64,000 nucleotides of DNA from an uncultured Thermoproteales archaeon (GTDB lineage Archaea > Thermoproteota > Thermoprotei > Thermofilales > B20-G17). The position numbers were made by a program, and so were the translations under genes. A model generated the notes under the pieces. It was given only the letters and a program-made list of their open reading frames with translations, ran no database searches and was not told where the DNA came from. Shown here in pieces: positions 39,117 through 49,157 of this stretch (positions are counted from its first letter, which is position 1; the number at the start of each line of letters is the position of its first letter). The stretch is taken from positions 9,876 through 73,875 of the forward strand of contig CBDUMD010000005.1 of NCBI GenBank assembly GCA_965368245.1, given 5' to 3'.

Positions 39117-39660
39117 CATGTACAAGATTGTCGGTGTGGATCTAGCTGGTGTAGAATCCCGCCCCTCAGGACTCTCCATAATGAATGCACATAAGGTCTC
39201 ATTAAAGGTCTTTAAAACTGATAGGGAATTGTTGAAGGTGATCGAGCTAGCGCGTCCCCTACTTGTATCCATAGACGCACCCCTCTCCCTCCCATTAAAG
39301 GGTTTCTGGCGTGATGTTGATAAATTAATGCTGAAGAGGGGCTTAAGGGTCCTGCCGCCTGGTATCCCCGGCATGCTTAAACTAACCAGAAGAGCTGTCA
39401 AGCTGAAGAGAATGATAGATAGTTTAGGAGTAGATGTGATCGAGGTTCATCCGACATCTAGTTTAAGGGTTCTCGGAATCCCTCGAGAAAAGTTTTTGGT
39501 TTTCCTTAGAAAAAGGGGATTCGTGGTCGAAGGTACAGTAAATAACCATACTATAGATGCAGCTGTCGCAGCATATACCGGTTTACTGTATTTAACTGGT
39601 AGAGTAGAAAGGGTTCAAGGTAAAGAAGGGGAAATTATAATACCTAAAAAACGGCTTTAG
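39106..39660 (+). CDS. DUF429 family RNase H-fold protein
   Basis: GVDLAG, IDAPLSLP, IEVHP and IDA motifs. Confidence 0.85.
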   Translation: MESDMYKIVGVDLAGVESRPSGLSIMNAHKVSLKVFKTDRELLKVIELARPLLVSIDAPLSLPLKGFWRDVDKLMLKRGLRVLPPGIPGMLKLTRRAVKLKRMIDSLGVDVIEVHPTSSLRVLGIPREKFLVFLRKRGFVVEGTVNNHTIDAAVAAYTGLLYLTGRVERVQGKEGEIIIPKKRL

Positions 39661-39681
39661 ATTAGTTGTTATTTTAAATGA

Positions 39682-41010
39682 CTAGTCTTTTTCGCTTCTT
39701 CTCAGCAGGCTTGAAGGCATGGAGACTACTATTACATTGAAGTGGTGGAGCCGTAACTCCTCTAGCAGGCTCTCGTCCATGGGTTTATGGTCACCAGTGA
39801 ATATTAGAAGGTACTTTTCGAGCGTGTGCTCGTCGTTTTGTCCCCCGCTTTTAAAGCCTATTCCCCATAGTAGCTCGATCTTATATTTCAGCAGTGTACG
39901 GAATATTAAACAGGATTCCTTCGATGGATCATAGTGGGAGCAATTTTTACATTTAAGTAGCCTTAATATGAAAGGTGTGATCGACTTTTCTGCGCGGGGA
40001 CATGGATACAGATAAAGAAGGGAATCCTTTGGCAACGTTAGGAGCTGGCTATGTTTTTTAAGTAGAATGTTATAGACTTCCTCCCTTATATTATCCTCAA
40101 TGAATTCCCTTAAAACCCCTTTATTCCGTATCGTCGTCAAGGGTACCGTTATCTTGCTTATGAACGGGTTTGGGTCGCCGTCCCTTTCCTCTAGGCAACT
40201 CACGAAACTAACGCTTACATTTTGTATATGTGTTGCCGAAACCTGAGGGTATACTATTAACTCGTCCTTCATCATACATTCTTTACAGACATCCCAGCTT
40301 GGCGGCATTAAAACCTTTTTACCGCATCGTGCACAAACTTTGTAGACGCCGCCTATATAAATATGTTTAATACGGGGCGGGGAACCCCTGTCGGCTACAA
40401 TTAAAGTATAGTTTCCTATACATTTGTTCTCCCGTGTGAAACGGTCGAGACGCGCCACGTTAATGTAGTAGGTGCCGCCCAGCTTCATGTTTAATCCGCC
40501 ACTCTTATGTGCATGTCCAAACACATGGATCAAGGGATTGTAGTCTTCCAGCAGGTAGTTTAATTTTATTACCCCTGTATGAGACCCCTTACGGTATGGC
40601 GTGTACTTGAACCCTCTGTCTAATATACCGTAGGGAGGGTAATGTGAGAGCATTATGGGGAGACTGTTCGGGGGGAGGTTGTATTCCTCGAACCTCTCCC
40701 CGTGACCGACGAGTGTGAACCCCTGTATGTTGACTGGCCCTTGCTTATCTAGATTGTATATTCCATTTGCTTCCTCGGTCCGGCTATCTATGTCCCAGTT
40801 TCCTATAACATAGTATACTTCTAGACCAAAGTTTCTTATCATTTTGAGGATGTTCATGAGCCGGTATGGGTCCTCGGGGCATCCTATGTCGCCTGCAACA
40901 AGTGCATAGTCTACCTCTATTTTCCTGTCCTTTAAGTCCTTTAGGAAAGCTTTCACTGCATCGCGACGGCCATGTATATCCGATATAGCGACGGCTCTAA
41001 GCAACGCCAA
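39682..41010 (-). CDS. Metallophosphoesterase with Cys-rich C-terminal extension
   Basis: SDIHG, AGD, GNWD, SHYPP and GHAH; CxxC...CxxC ribbon and a second Cys cluster. Confidence 0.8.
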   Translation of the reverse strand: MALLRAVAISDIHGRRDAVKAFLKDLKDRKIEVDYALVAGDIGCPEDPYRLMNILKMIRNFGLEVYYVIGNWDIDSRTEEANGIYNLDKQGPVNIQGFTLVGHGERFEEYNLPPNSLPIMLSHYPPYGILDRGFKYTPYRKGSHTGVIKLNYLLEDYNPLIHVFGHAHKSGGLNMKLGGTYYINVARLDRFTRENKCIGNYTLIVADRGSPPRIKHIYIGGVYKVCARCGKKVLMPPSWDVCKECMMKDELIVYPQVSATHIQNVSVSFVSCLEERDGDPNPFISKITVPLTTIRNKGVLREFIEDNIREEVYNILLKKHSQLLTLPKDSLLYLYPCPRAEKSITPFILRLLKCKNCSHYDPSKESCLIFRTLLKYKIELLWGIGFKSGGQNDEHTLEKYLLIFTGDHKPMDESLLEELRLHHFNVIVVSMPSSLLRRSEKD

Positions 41011-41060
41011 ACATATCGCCTAAAATATAGTTTCATTACAGATATTAAAAATTGCTATCT

Positions 41061-41771
41061 TTAGTCCTCCGATCTAGATACCGCGGCACCGCAGAAGGGA
41101 CAGTAGAAGGCGCCTTCCGGCACCCTCTCTTTACATACTGGACATACCGGCGGCATAGGCTCGAACCCCACTTTAAGCGATAACACGATTCGATAGTATT
41201 TTTCTAAATCATTTTTTAATGCCCCTAAAACCGGCAAATGATAGAGGGCTAGGATTAGGAAAACGAGGCTAATTGGCGCCACCAGTAGAAGAGGGTTCTC
41301 CTTGAAGAATACGGGAATCTCCAATGAACTCATAATCTCTAGGAATGCTGGGAGCGTTGCAACCATGAGCACGATTACTGCCAGGCTGATAAGCGTTAAT
41401 ACCCTCCTAATTGTCTTATACTCGTTTTCGAGGAGAAGCTCGAATTTTCTGGCGTCTTCATCCTCCTTGTATTCTTCCTGGATAAGGGAGGAGGGGAGAC
41501 GCGCAGTAATATAGATTATTTTGAAGGCATCCCAGAAGACAAAGCTGGTTCTGGTAGATACGACATATATGATGAAGACTGTTAAAAGAGCTTGTAGGTA
41601 AAGTCCATAGCTTTGGCTATACTCGACACCTATTAAAACCATTATTATGTAGGGGGCTAGAACAGTGAAAACCGTGGATACAGCGATAATCACGATCGAA
41701 TCGAAGATATCTGTTACCAATCTTTTACGGAACGTTAATAACACTGAAGCATAGATCCGTTCCTTCGACAT
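41061..41771 (-). CDS. Membrane protein with C-terminal zinc ribbon
   Basis: 4 TM helices; CPVC...YCPFCG. Confidence 0.75.
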   Translation of the reverse strand: MSKERIYASVLLTFRKRLVTDIFDSIVIIAVSTVFTVLAPYIIMVLIGVEYSQSYGLYLQALLTVFIIYVVSTRTSFVFWDAFKIIYITARLPSSLIQEEYKEDEDARKFELLLENEYKTIRRVLTLISLAVIVLMVATLPAFLEIMSSLEIPVFFKENPLLLVAPISLVFLILALYHLPVLGALKNDLEKYYRIVLSLKVGFEPMPPVCPVCKERVPEGAFYCPFCGAAVSRSED

Positions 41772-41827
41772 TTAATATACCTGTGCTAAAAATAATATAG
41801 GACTTTAAAATTCTTCCCTTATAGGCT

Positions 41828-42853
41828 ATGGTGGAAATGTCCGAAAGACACACCGTTAGCGTCATAATTCCAGCAAAGAATGGGGGCCAGCTACTCTACA
41901 ACCTTGTATACACCTTACTTAAAAAACAGACCCTCACCCCCTCTGAAGTAATAATAGTGTATGACGGAGTGCTCGACGAATACATTGAAAAAATACTTGA
42001 GATGGGAGGAAAGGTTATTTTTAGTGGAGAAAGAAAGGGAGCTAACAGGGCACGTAACATAGGGGTAGAGGAAGCTAAAGGCCAGATACTCGTGTTTACA
42101 GACGAGGACTGTATACCTTCATCAACGTGGATTGAAAAAATCGTTGAAGAGATGAACCAGCTGAATGTGGAGGCAGTGGCTGGATCCACGTTTATGGCTA
42201 ACCCCCAGTTCTTTTTCAGCAGATACCTCGACGAAAGCGTCTTAACCTCCTCGCCTAAATACTCTAAAAGAATAATCTTGAAAAACGACTATCCCCCGGG
42301 AGTAGTTATAGCGACCTGTAATTTTGCGGTGAGGAGAGACGCATGGAAAAGAGTCAAAGGCTTCGATGAAGAATACAAATGGTATGGATCCGACGACATG
42401 GACCTGGGATTTAAGCTTTTAAAGGCGGGCTATAGGATAGCCTGCTCCCCTAAGCCAATAGTATATCACTTCCATAGAACCGCTCTTACGAAGATACTTA
42501 AAAGGTATTTTCAATATGGACAAGGATTTGCCATCTACTCCAAGAAACATCCTGAAAGCTCTTTCACGAGAATATCTAGAGCCGGTCTCTTAGCAACATT
42601 TACATGGATAACCTCTGCCATAATAATGGTATTAGGTGGCCTAATATATCCTCCTTTAGCAGTAGCAGGTGCATTAATGTTCGCTCTACCATACCTGGGA
42701 TTGCTAGCTTTCTACTTCAAAAAGAAGAAAACAAAATCCCTAAAAGCAACGATAATATACCCCCTCCTAGATCAAATACTAGCCTTCTCCTCATCTCTCG
42801 GATACCTCCACCAAAACCTGTCAATGAAGCTTAAAACAAACAATAAAACTTAA
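41828..42853 (+). CDS. Glycosyltransferase family 2
   Basis: VSVIIP, ARNIG, DED, GFDE and DDMDL; C-terminal TMs. Confidence 0.92.
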   Translation: MVEMSERHTVSVIIPAKNGGQLLYNLVYTLLKKQTLTPSEVIIVYDGVLDEYIEKILEMGGKVIFSGERKGANRARNIGVEEAKGQILVFTDEDCIPSSTWIEKIVEEMNQLNVEAVAGSTFMANPQFFFSRYLDESVLTSSPKYSKRIILKNDYPPGVVIATCNFAVRRDAWKRVKGFDEEYKWYGSDDMDLGFKLLKAGYRIACSPKPIVYHFHRTALTKILKRYFQYGQGFAIYSKKHPESSFTRISRAGLLATFTWITSAIIMVLGGLIYPPLAVAGALMFALPYLGLLAFYFKKKKTKSLKATIIYPLLDQILAFSSSLGYLHQNLSMKLKTNNKT

Positions 42854-42880
42854 AATCCCCTGAAAGAAAAAAGTATAGGA

Positions 42881-42972
42881 GCCCCGGTAGCTCAGCCTGG
42901 TGGAGCACCGGCCTCGTAAGCATTAGAAGTCGAGCTAGCCGGGGGTCGCGGGTTCAAATCCCGCCCGGGGCT
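42881..42972 (+). tRNA. tRNA-Thr(CGT) with an 18-nt intron at 37/38 (42919-42936)
   Basis: GCCCCGG acceptor; CCGGC-CT-CGT-A[agcattagaagtcgagct]A-GCCGG; GGTTCAAATCC T-arm; BHB central helix CTCG/CGAG. Confidence 0.95.
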
Positions 42973-43091
42973 CTCACAAAAACCTTTGGAATGAGATATT
43001 TGTTTAACGAAGTTTATTGACATCTAAGGCTACTACTTTCAAAACATTATCTAAATTATAAATCACTTAATTTACGGTAAAATAATCTGCT

Positions 43092-43754
43092 TCAGCTGAA
43101 AAATCTCAAGAACACTAGATAAACCATTTTTATTAACACCCTGACTGTCGCTAAAAGGACTCTTATCTCCCCTTTCAGAGATCTTCCAACCCTAGAATCA
43201 GGTCTCCTAGGTTCAGGGGTAACGGTCACGTTTATTATTTTAGCCCCCTTTATCCATGAACGGAGCAGGATTTCGGCGCCGAAAGTTTCCCCTGGAGACA
43301 CATTAATCTCCTCCACCAGTTTCTTCTTAACCCCTCGGTAGTTGGAGAATAAATCTGTGACGCCTAGGATGCGTCCAATGGTGGATGAAGAAAGCTTCTC
43401 GCCTACTCTCGGTAACTGTTTCCTAGATACATGCACGTAGTCGAATTTATTTAAGAGAGCTATAATAACTGGTATATACTTTGGGTTGTTTTCAAGATCC
43501 GCGTCCAAGGTAATTATTTTGTCATATTTTGCTAGCTTCATACCCAGCCATAGACAGAAGGTCTGGCCTAGCCTGTTAGTAACCACAACTTTATCTGCTA
43601 TTCTTTTAGCCACCTGATAGGTGCCGTCTGTAGACCCATCATCCACCACTATGATCTCATGAGGTACTCTATCCAAGATCCTTCTTATCCGTTTTACGAG
43701 CAAGGGTAAACGTTCAACCTCGTTGAAAGTGGTGGTTACCACCGATACTTCCAT
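43092..43754 (-). CDS. Glycosyltransferase family 2 (Dol-P-sugar synthase-like)
   Basis: FNE, VDDGSTDGT and LDADL. Confidence 0.88.
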   Translation of the reverse strand: MEVSVVTTTFNEVERLPLLVKRIRRILDRVPHEIIVVDDGSTDGTYQVAKRIADKVVVTNRLGQTFCLWLGMKLAKYDKIITLDADLENNPKYIPVIIALLNKFDYVHVSRKQLPRVGEKLSSSTIGRILGVTDLFSNYRGVKKKLVEEINVSPGETFGAEILLRSWIKGAKIINVTVTPEPRRPDSRVGRSLKGEIRVLLATVRVLIKMVYLVFLRFFS

Positions 43755-43827
43755 GTAAATCCTCTTTTAATCATCCTCTATAAAGAAATTTTCCTTTTTG
43801 AACCTGTTGAAATATTGTGGAAAAGAA

Positions 43828-45717
43828 CTAGGGTTCCATTTCAAAAATCTTGTAGATGAAGGCCATTATGTCTGCATATTCTTTTATTTTAGTTCTAGGT
43901 GATGCTCCAGAGTGTCCACTCTCATTCTCTACCCTAAGGAATACAGGTGCATTCACGTCTTTAAGTTTAGCAACGAATTTGAATGCATGTGCTGGATGTA
44001 CACGGTCATCATTTAAGCCTGTGTATACCAGTGTGGGAGGATACTTTGTCTCACGTATATTATGGTAGGGAGAATATTTAGCCAAGTAGCTGGCTTCACG
44101 CGGGTCCTCAGGGTTTCCGTATTCCGGTACCCAAGCCTTTCCAATGTATAATTTATGAAACCTCAACATATCTAGAACGGGGTAACCTATTACAGCGCCA
44201 TCAAGTATTTCCGGGTTCTGCGTTAACACCGCTCCAACAAGTAGTCCTCCATTGCTCTGTCCCATAGCTATAACGCGCGCCCCTCGATCCTTGAAGAACT
44301 TTATGGCAGCTTTAAAGTCGTCGAACACATTTTGTTTCTTTTCTCTCATTCCCTCACGATGCCACCTTTCCCCATATTCTATTCCTCCCCGGATGTTCGC
44401 GATGACGAATGTTCCACCATCAAGTATGTATGGTATAATGTAGGACCTGAAGGAGGGTGTTATGGCGTGCCTGAAACCGCCGTAGCCGTAAATGAGCACG
44501 TTCTTTGGATCAACGTTTCTTTTCTTGACCACGAACATGTGTATTTTTGTACCATCCTTAGACGTTGTCCACTCCTCTTCTATCGAAAAATCACCTGTAA
44601 TTTCCCTGTAATCCATTATTTTTAAGCTACCATCGAATCTATACACTTTATATGGTACAAGAAACGACTCGTAGAAGAATACAGCTTCATGTCCGTTAGA
44701 GTCCAATGAACGTACTGTTCCAGGGGCATTAAACTTAATTTCATGTAGAAGATTGCCCTTAAGTGTAAATGTTTTTAAGACAGACGATGCGTCAACCAGA
44801 TAGTGGGCTAATATTTTTCCTTTAACTATAACGGCTTCCTGGAGGATGTGAGGCTGCTCGTCTATGACGATTCTAGACTTGGAATCTGGTTCGGATAACG
44901 CGATTATTCTTCCTAAACCGTTTTTCTCATATGTCGTTAATAGATATTCTCCATTCACGTAGTCCACTGGATGGACTATGAAATCTCCTCCATAGAGACG
45001 CCGCCAGGTTTCCGGATATTCTAGTTTACCGCCGTAAACTGTGCTCTTCTTCCATCCATAGCTAACTGTAATAAGGGCCTTCGAATTATCAGTTGAGGGG
45101 ATTATACCTATAAAATGAGAGGTTGGTACACCTTCACCGAAAACCATTATATCCTTGCCGTCCTCCCTTAGGTAAATTCTGGAGGTGGGTGGTTGAACGC
45201 CGTCGGGTGCGGGTTTCGTACGGAAGAACCGGACATAATAGTATCTGTTATCGTCAATCCACACTATGTTGTAGATGCTTCCTTTAAGTTCATCCAGCAA
45301 CTCTAGCGAATCTACATCGACTATCCTTACCACGCCTTCATCCAATCCGCCATGGGAGTAGTAATAGGCTAGCCTATTACCCTCTTCCGAAGCCTGGATG
45401 GTCTGAAAGACTATCTCATCGCCAACCTCCTTCGAGTTGACTAACTCGATTATTTCTCCATCTCGTGTAAGTAGCTCGACTTTATAGCAGTCTTTTTCGC
45501 GTACAAGAATAAAGTACCCTTTCCTCGTTACAGTTACAACCGTTATCCGTGGCATAAGGAAATACTCCGCTATCCTGGACTCTATCTTCTTGGCTAAGGT
45601 GGATAGCATTTCCCTTGTTTTACGGTCTTCATTTAACGCCCATTCTATAACTTTAGGGTTGTTTAAATCCTCCATCCAGATATAGGGATCCTCTATAGCG
45701 ACCACCGTCGTGTACAC
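43828..45717 (-). CDS. Prolyl oligopeptidase (S9A)
   Basis: DPYIWME, YGYGGF, GQSNGG, DDRVHP and SGHSG catalytic triad motifs. Confidence 0.95.
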   Translation of the reverse strand: MYTTVVAIEDPYIWMEDLNNPKVIEWALNEDRKTREMLSTLAKKIESRIAEYFLMPRITVVTVTRKGYFILVREKDCYKVELLTRDGEIIELVNSKEVGDEIVFQTIQASEEGNRLAYYYSHGGLDEGVVRIVDVDSLELLDELKGSIYNIVWIDDNRYYYVRFFRTKPAPDGVQPPTSRIYLREDGKDIMVFGEGVPTSHFIGIIPSTDNSKALITVSYGWKKSTVYGGKLEYPETWRRLYGGDFIVHPVDYVNGEYLLTTYEKNGLGRIIALSEPDSKSRIVIDEQPHILQEAVIVKGKILAHYLVDASSVLKTFTLKGNLLHEIKFNAPGTVRSLDSNGHEAVFFYESFLVPYKVYRFDGSLKIMDYREITGDFSIEEEWTTSKDGTKIHMFVVKKRNVDPKNVLIYGYGGFRHAITPSFRSYIIPYILDGGTFVIANIRGGIEYGERWHREGMREKKQNVFDDFKAAIKFFKDRGARVIAMGQSNGGLLVGAVLTQNPEILDGAVIGYPVLDMLRFHKLYIGKAWVPEYGNPEDPREASYLAKYSPYHNIRETKYPPTLVYTGLNDDRVHPAHAFKFVAKLKDVNAPVFLRVENESGHSGASPRTKIKEYADIMAFIYKIFEMEP

Positions 45718-45865
45718 CCCATTTTAAGTTATCATAAAAATAGGTAATTCCAAATAAAGTTTTAGGTAAAGCTAACGTGTCCAACCGCCCTTGGAATATC
45801 CGACTGAAGATTAAAGAAAGATAACAATATATAAAAAATATGCCTATGTTTTTTGAGGAACCTGT

Positions 45866-46102
45866 ATGGAGGTAAGAAAAATCATACCTTTGATCAACAT
45901 AGTTTTATTTGCAATATTCGTCTACTATCTTTTATACAGGATTTATCCAATGTTCCAGGGTACCGCTTACAGTCAGGGAGCATTTCTACTCTTGTTAGCA
46001 TCGATCATAGGCCTTGGTATAGCAGTAATCATATCTATACTTTTATTCTGGTTTAATGTTGGAGAAGAAGAGTCAATCGAGACCTTGAACTTCAGACCCT
46101 AA
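45866..46102 (+). CDS. Small 2-TM membrane protein
   Basis: Two hydrophobic helices; TATA upstream. Confidence 0.6.
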   Translation: MEVRKIIPLINIVLFAIFVYYLLYRIYPMFQGTAYSQGAFLLLLASIIGLGIAVIISILLFWFNVGEEESIETLNFRP

Positions 46103-47724
46103 ATATTAGTTATTTCTATTGCTCCGCGTTTACATGTAACATAGCAGGCTCCGCATCCCCTACAAAAATCTTGTATAACTGTTGGATAACCGTTTTCCTT
46201 TAAAATGATACCTTTACAGTTGAGGTTAACGCATTCCAGACAGGTGTCGCACTCCCTGTTAATTATCACAGCCTTTCTTGTAGATGAAGATTTAAAGGAG
46301 AGGGATGGTTTTAGGAATATTACTTTACCTCCATCTGTCTCCATCAGATGAAAAAGTAACCTGCATGTTTTAGCGTAGTCTTTGTAGTCGAGGTTAATTA
46401 CCTTCCCCCATTTATCGACCTTTACTTTAGAGTTATCCCATATGACGATGATCTTTCCTCCGCGCCTAACTATTTTATTTACCTTTTTACTGTCGAAGAA
46501 TTGTTTGTCCAGTATAAGTATTATAGGCCCTTCCCGGTATCCCGAGTCAACCAGCCCCCAATAGACCCCATACACCATTGAAGGAGGAGTGACGATATCA
46601 AATAAATCGCCTATGTTAGCAATTTTGTAAACTGTAGGCGTTACTAGATGGGTGGCAACGTGAATACCGCTTTCAGGATAAGCATACAATGATGTTACTC
46701 CCACTGTTATTGGAGTAAAACTTTCCTGGAGAATTTCTACAAAGTTTCTTAAAACTGCCAACGAAAGGAGAGAAAAACTACCATTTATTTTAAATGCCCG
46801 TTTACCCCCTTGGGTATGTAAAATTTTTCTGAAGACCCGGTTGGAGAAAAATTCTGTATTAATTTTCCAGGTCTTATGTACCCGTATTTTATGGTTAGTG
46901 TTATTTATGGAGTCGGTGTAAATAGGAGGATCATAGTCGAGAAGGTTTAGACGTAAACCTTGTGCCACTAGTTTAGAGAAAAAGTTTAGTGGTGGCGGAT
47001 TCATGGGATAAACCGGATAAAAATCTTTCTCTGTTTCCAAGCAAGGAGGGGCAAGTGTAACCAACTGCTTTTTCTTTGAAGCATTTATGGGAAACTTTCC
47101 AAGAATTTTTTCCTGGAGGAGGGAGAAATAGTAAACCAGTACCTTGAAATTATCCCTTTTCCTGCGTATGAAACCCTCTTTTTCTCCGAAAACCATGTTG
47201 AGGTAGTTCCACCTGTACGGGATAAACCAATGCTTGTTAAATGTGGGACTTCTCTCAGGATAATCGGGTAAAATTATTCCATTATAATGCATATCGCTGG
47301 AGAAAAGGGATAACTTTTCTCCAACATAAAGTATGAAGATTGGTTCTTCCGCAGCTTCACTAACATTAGATAAGTAGTCTAAATAAATGGAAAGAATTTT
47401 ATCGTCGTCAAATACTATACAGGACAGTTTCAGGTTTTTTAAGAGATAAATTATCTCCGCGGCCTCCTCCCTCCTCAAAACTAATATTGCTAGTACTCCT
47501 CCACGTACACCGCCATAAGTATAGAAATAGAGTATATCTAGAAGCTTGCGAAAAGCCGTTTTTTCGACTTTGGCTATGGCTAAAGCTTTTAGCCCCGTGA
47601 TAGATAAGCCCAGAGACCTTTCTAAAGCCTCTCTAACGCTACTAACCACCAGTACATTCTCAAAAGTATGTCCCTCTATTAGCTCTGATATCGCTTTATC
47701 GACGTACATTTTACTGAAGTTCAT
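46099..47724 (-). CDS. Highly diverged IorA-like protein with C-terminal 2x[4Fe-4S] ferredoxin
   Basis: EALERSLGLSITG...YTYGGVRGG resembles the IorA N-terminus; CDTCLECVNLNC...CRGCGACYVTC. Confidence 0.6.
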   Translation of the reverse strand: MNFSKMYVDKAISELIEGHTFENVLVVSSVREALERSLGLSITGLKALAIAKVEKTAFRKLLDILYFYTYGGVRGGVLAILVLRREEAAEIIYLLKNLKLSCIVFDDDKILSIYLDYLSNVSEAAEEPIFILYVGEKLSLFSSDMHYNGIILPDYPERSPTFNKHWFIPYRWNYLNMVFGEKEGFIRRKRDNFKVLVYYFSLLQEKILGKFPINASKKKQLVTLAPPCLETEKDFYPVYPMNPPPLNFFSKLVAQGLRLNLLDYDPPIYTDSINNTNHKIRVHKTWKINTEFFSNRVFRKILHTQGGKRAFKINGSFSLLSLAVLRNFVEILQESFTPITVGVTSLYAYPESGIHVATHLVTPTVYKIANIGDLFDIVTPPSMVYGVYWGLVDSGYREGPIILILDKQFFDSKKVNKIVRRGGKIIVIWDNSKVKVDKWGKVINLDYKDYAKTCRLLFHLMETDGGKVIFLKPSLSFKSSSTRKAVIINRECDTCLECVNLNCKGIILKENGYPTVIQDFCRGCGACYVTCKRGAIEITNI

Positions 47725-47729
47725 GGTCT

Positions 47730-49040
47730 CTACGGGTATATTCTTCTAATGGTTCTTGGAAAAGGTATAGCGTCAACTATATGGTCTAAGCCACATATCC
47801 ACATGGTTAACCGATCTAATCCAAGACCGAACCCAGAATGGGGAACGCTTCCATACCTTCGTAGATCTATGTACCATTCATATTGACTTTGTTCAAGGCC
47901 AAATTTCTTTATCTTTTCGAGAAGTTCATGAATGTTCTCTATCCTTTCTCCGCCACCGATTATTTCGCCGTAGCCTTCAGGAGCCAAAAGATCCGCTGAC
48001 AGTGTAACTTCCGGCCGTTTTGGATCATTTTTATGGTAAAAGGCTTTAGCCTTTTCCGGGTAACCGTAAACAAAAACGGGTTTGTCGAATTCAAGTGTTA
48101 AGGCTCTCTCCTCATCTGCGCCGAAATCCTCGCCCCATTTCAACTGGAAACCTTTTTTAGAAAGTATCTCTAGTGCCTCGTCATACGATATCCTGTAAAA
48201 GGGAGGCTTTACGTTTTCAAGTAACGTTACGTTACGTTTCAACAGTTCTAATTCCTTTCTCTTGTTTTCAAGAACCTGGTCGACGATATAGCTTATAAGT
48301 TCCTCCTCAAGCTCCAAGAGTTCCTTGAAAGTATACCATGCCATTTCCGCCTCTGCGTGCCAGAATTCTGTCAGGTGTCTTCTAGTACGGGATTTCTCTG
48401 CCCTAAAGGATGGAGCAACAGTGTAGACTTTCTCCAGAGAGAAGATTAAAGCCTCTAAGTAAAACTGCGAAGACTGGGTCAGGTAAACTCCCTTTCGATC
48501 GAAGTAGTCGACTTCGAAAAGGGATGCCCCGCCTTCTACGGCAGCCGTTATGAACATAGGGGCCTGGACTTCCAAGAACCCCTTTTTCCTAAAGAATTCG
48601 TGTAGGCTTCTAAACACTTCGTCGCGGACTTTTAGAACTGCATTCATTCGCCGGCTTCTAATCCAGAGATGCCTTACATCAAGCAAAAACTCCCTTGAAG
48701 CGCCTTTGGTTATGGGAAAGGGTTCCGCCAAGCTTATAGTCTTGAAATCAGTTGCTCTCAACTCTAGACCTCCAGGCGCCCTAGGATCCTTCTTAACAAT
48801 CCCTTTAACATGTATGGATGACTCTATAGTAACGTTTTCTGCTTCACTAAAGAAAGGGGAGCTGGAGTCGACAACTACCTGTATTATGCCTGTAGCATCT
48901 CGTAAAATTATGAAAACATGCTCCTTCTGTGTTCGAACCCTATGGACCCATCCCCTTAAAGCCACCTCGGTTCCTAAAGGTTGTTTTTCAAATACCTCCA
49001 TAACGCTGGTGAATTCAATAGTAGATCCCCTCTTCCACAC
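47730..49040 (-). CDS. asnS: Asparagine--tRNA ligase
   Basis: OB-fold LRGWV, YLTQSSQFYLE, FRAEKSRTRRHLTEFW and PHSGFGLG. Confidence 0.92.
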   Translation of the reverse strand: MWKRGSTIEFTSVMEVFEKQPLGTEVALRGWVHRVRTQKEHVFIILRDATGIIQVVVDSSSPFFSEAENVTIESSIHVKGIVKKDPRAPGGLELRATDFKTISLAEPFPITKGASREFLLDVRHLWIRSRRMNAVLKVRDEVFRSLHEFFRKKGFLEVQAPMFITAAVEGGASLFEVDYFDRKGVYLTQSSQFYLEALIFSLEKVYTVAPSFRAEKSRTRRHLTEFWHAEAEMAWYTFKELLELEEELISYIVDQVLENKRKELELLKRNVTLLENVKPPFYRISYDEALEILSKKGFQLKWGEDFGADEERALTLEFDKPVFVYGYPEKAKAFYHKNDPKRPEVTLSADLLAPEGYGEIIGGGERIENIHELLEKIKKFGLEQSQYEWYIDLRRYGSVPHSGFGLGLDRLTMWICGLDHIVDAIPFPRTIRRIYP

Positions 49041-49157
49041 AAAGAATACATTTACATATAAATTCTATTCTATCCAATAAAAGTATCTAGTCGTGAGCAG
49101 GAAAAAAGAAACCTTTAACAATAACAATCTTAACATCTACCTGCCCTGGCTTTGGAA

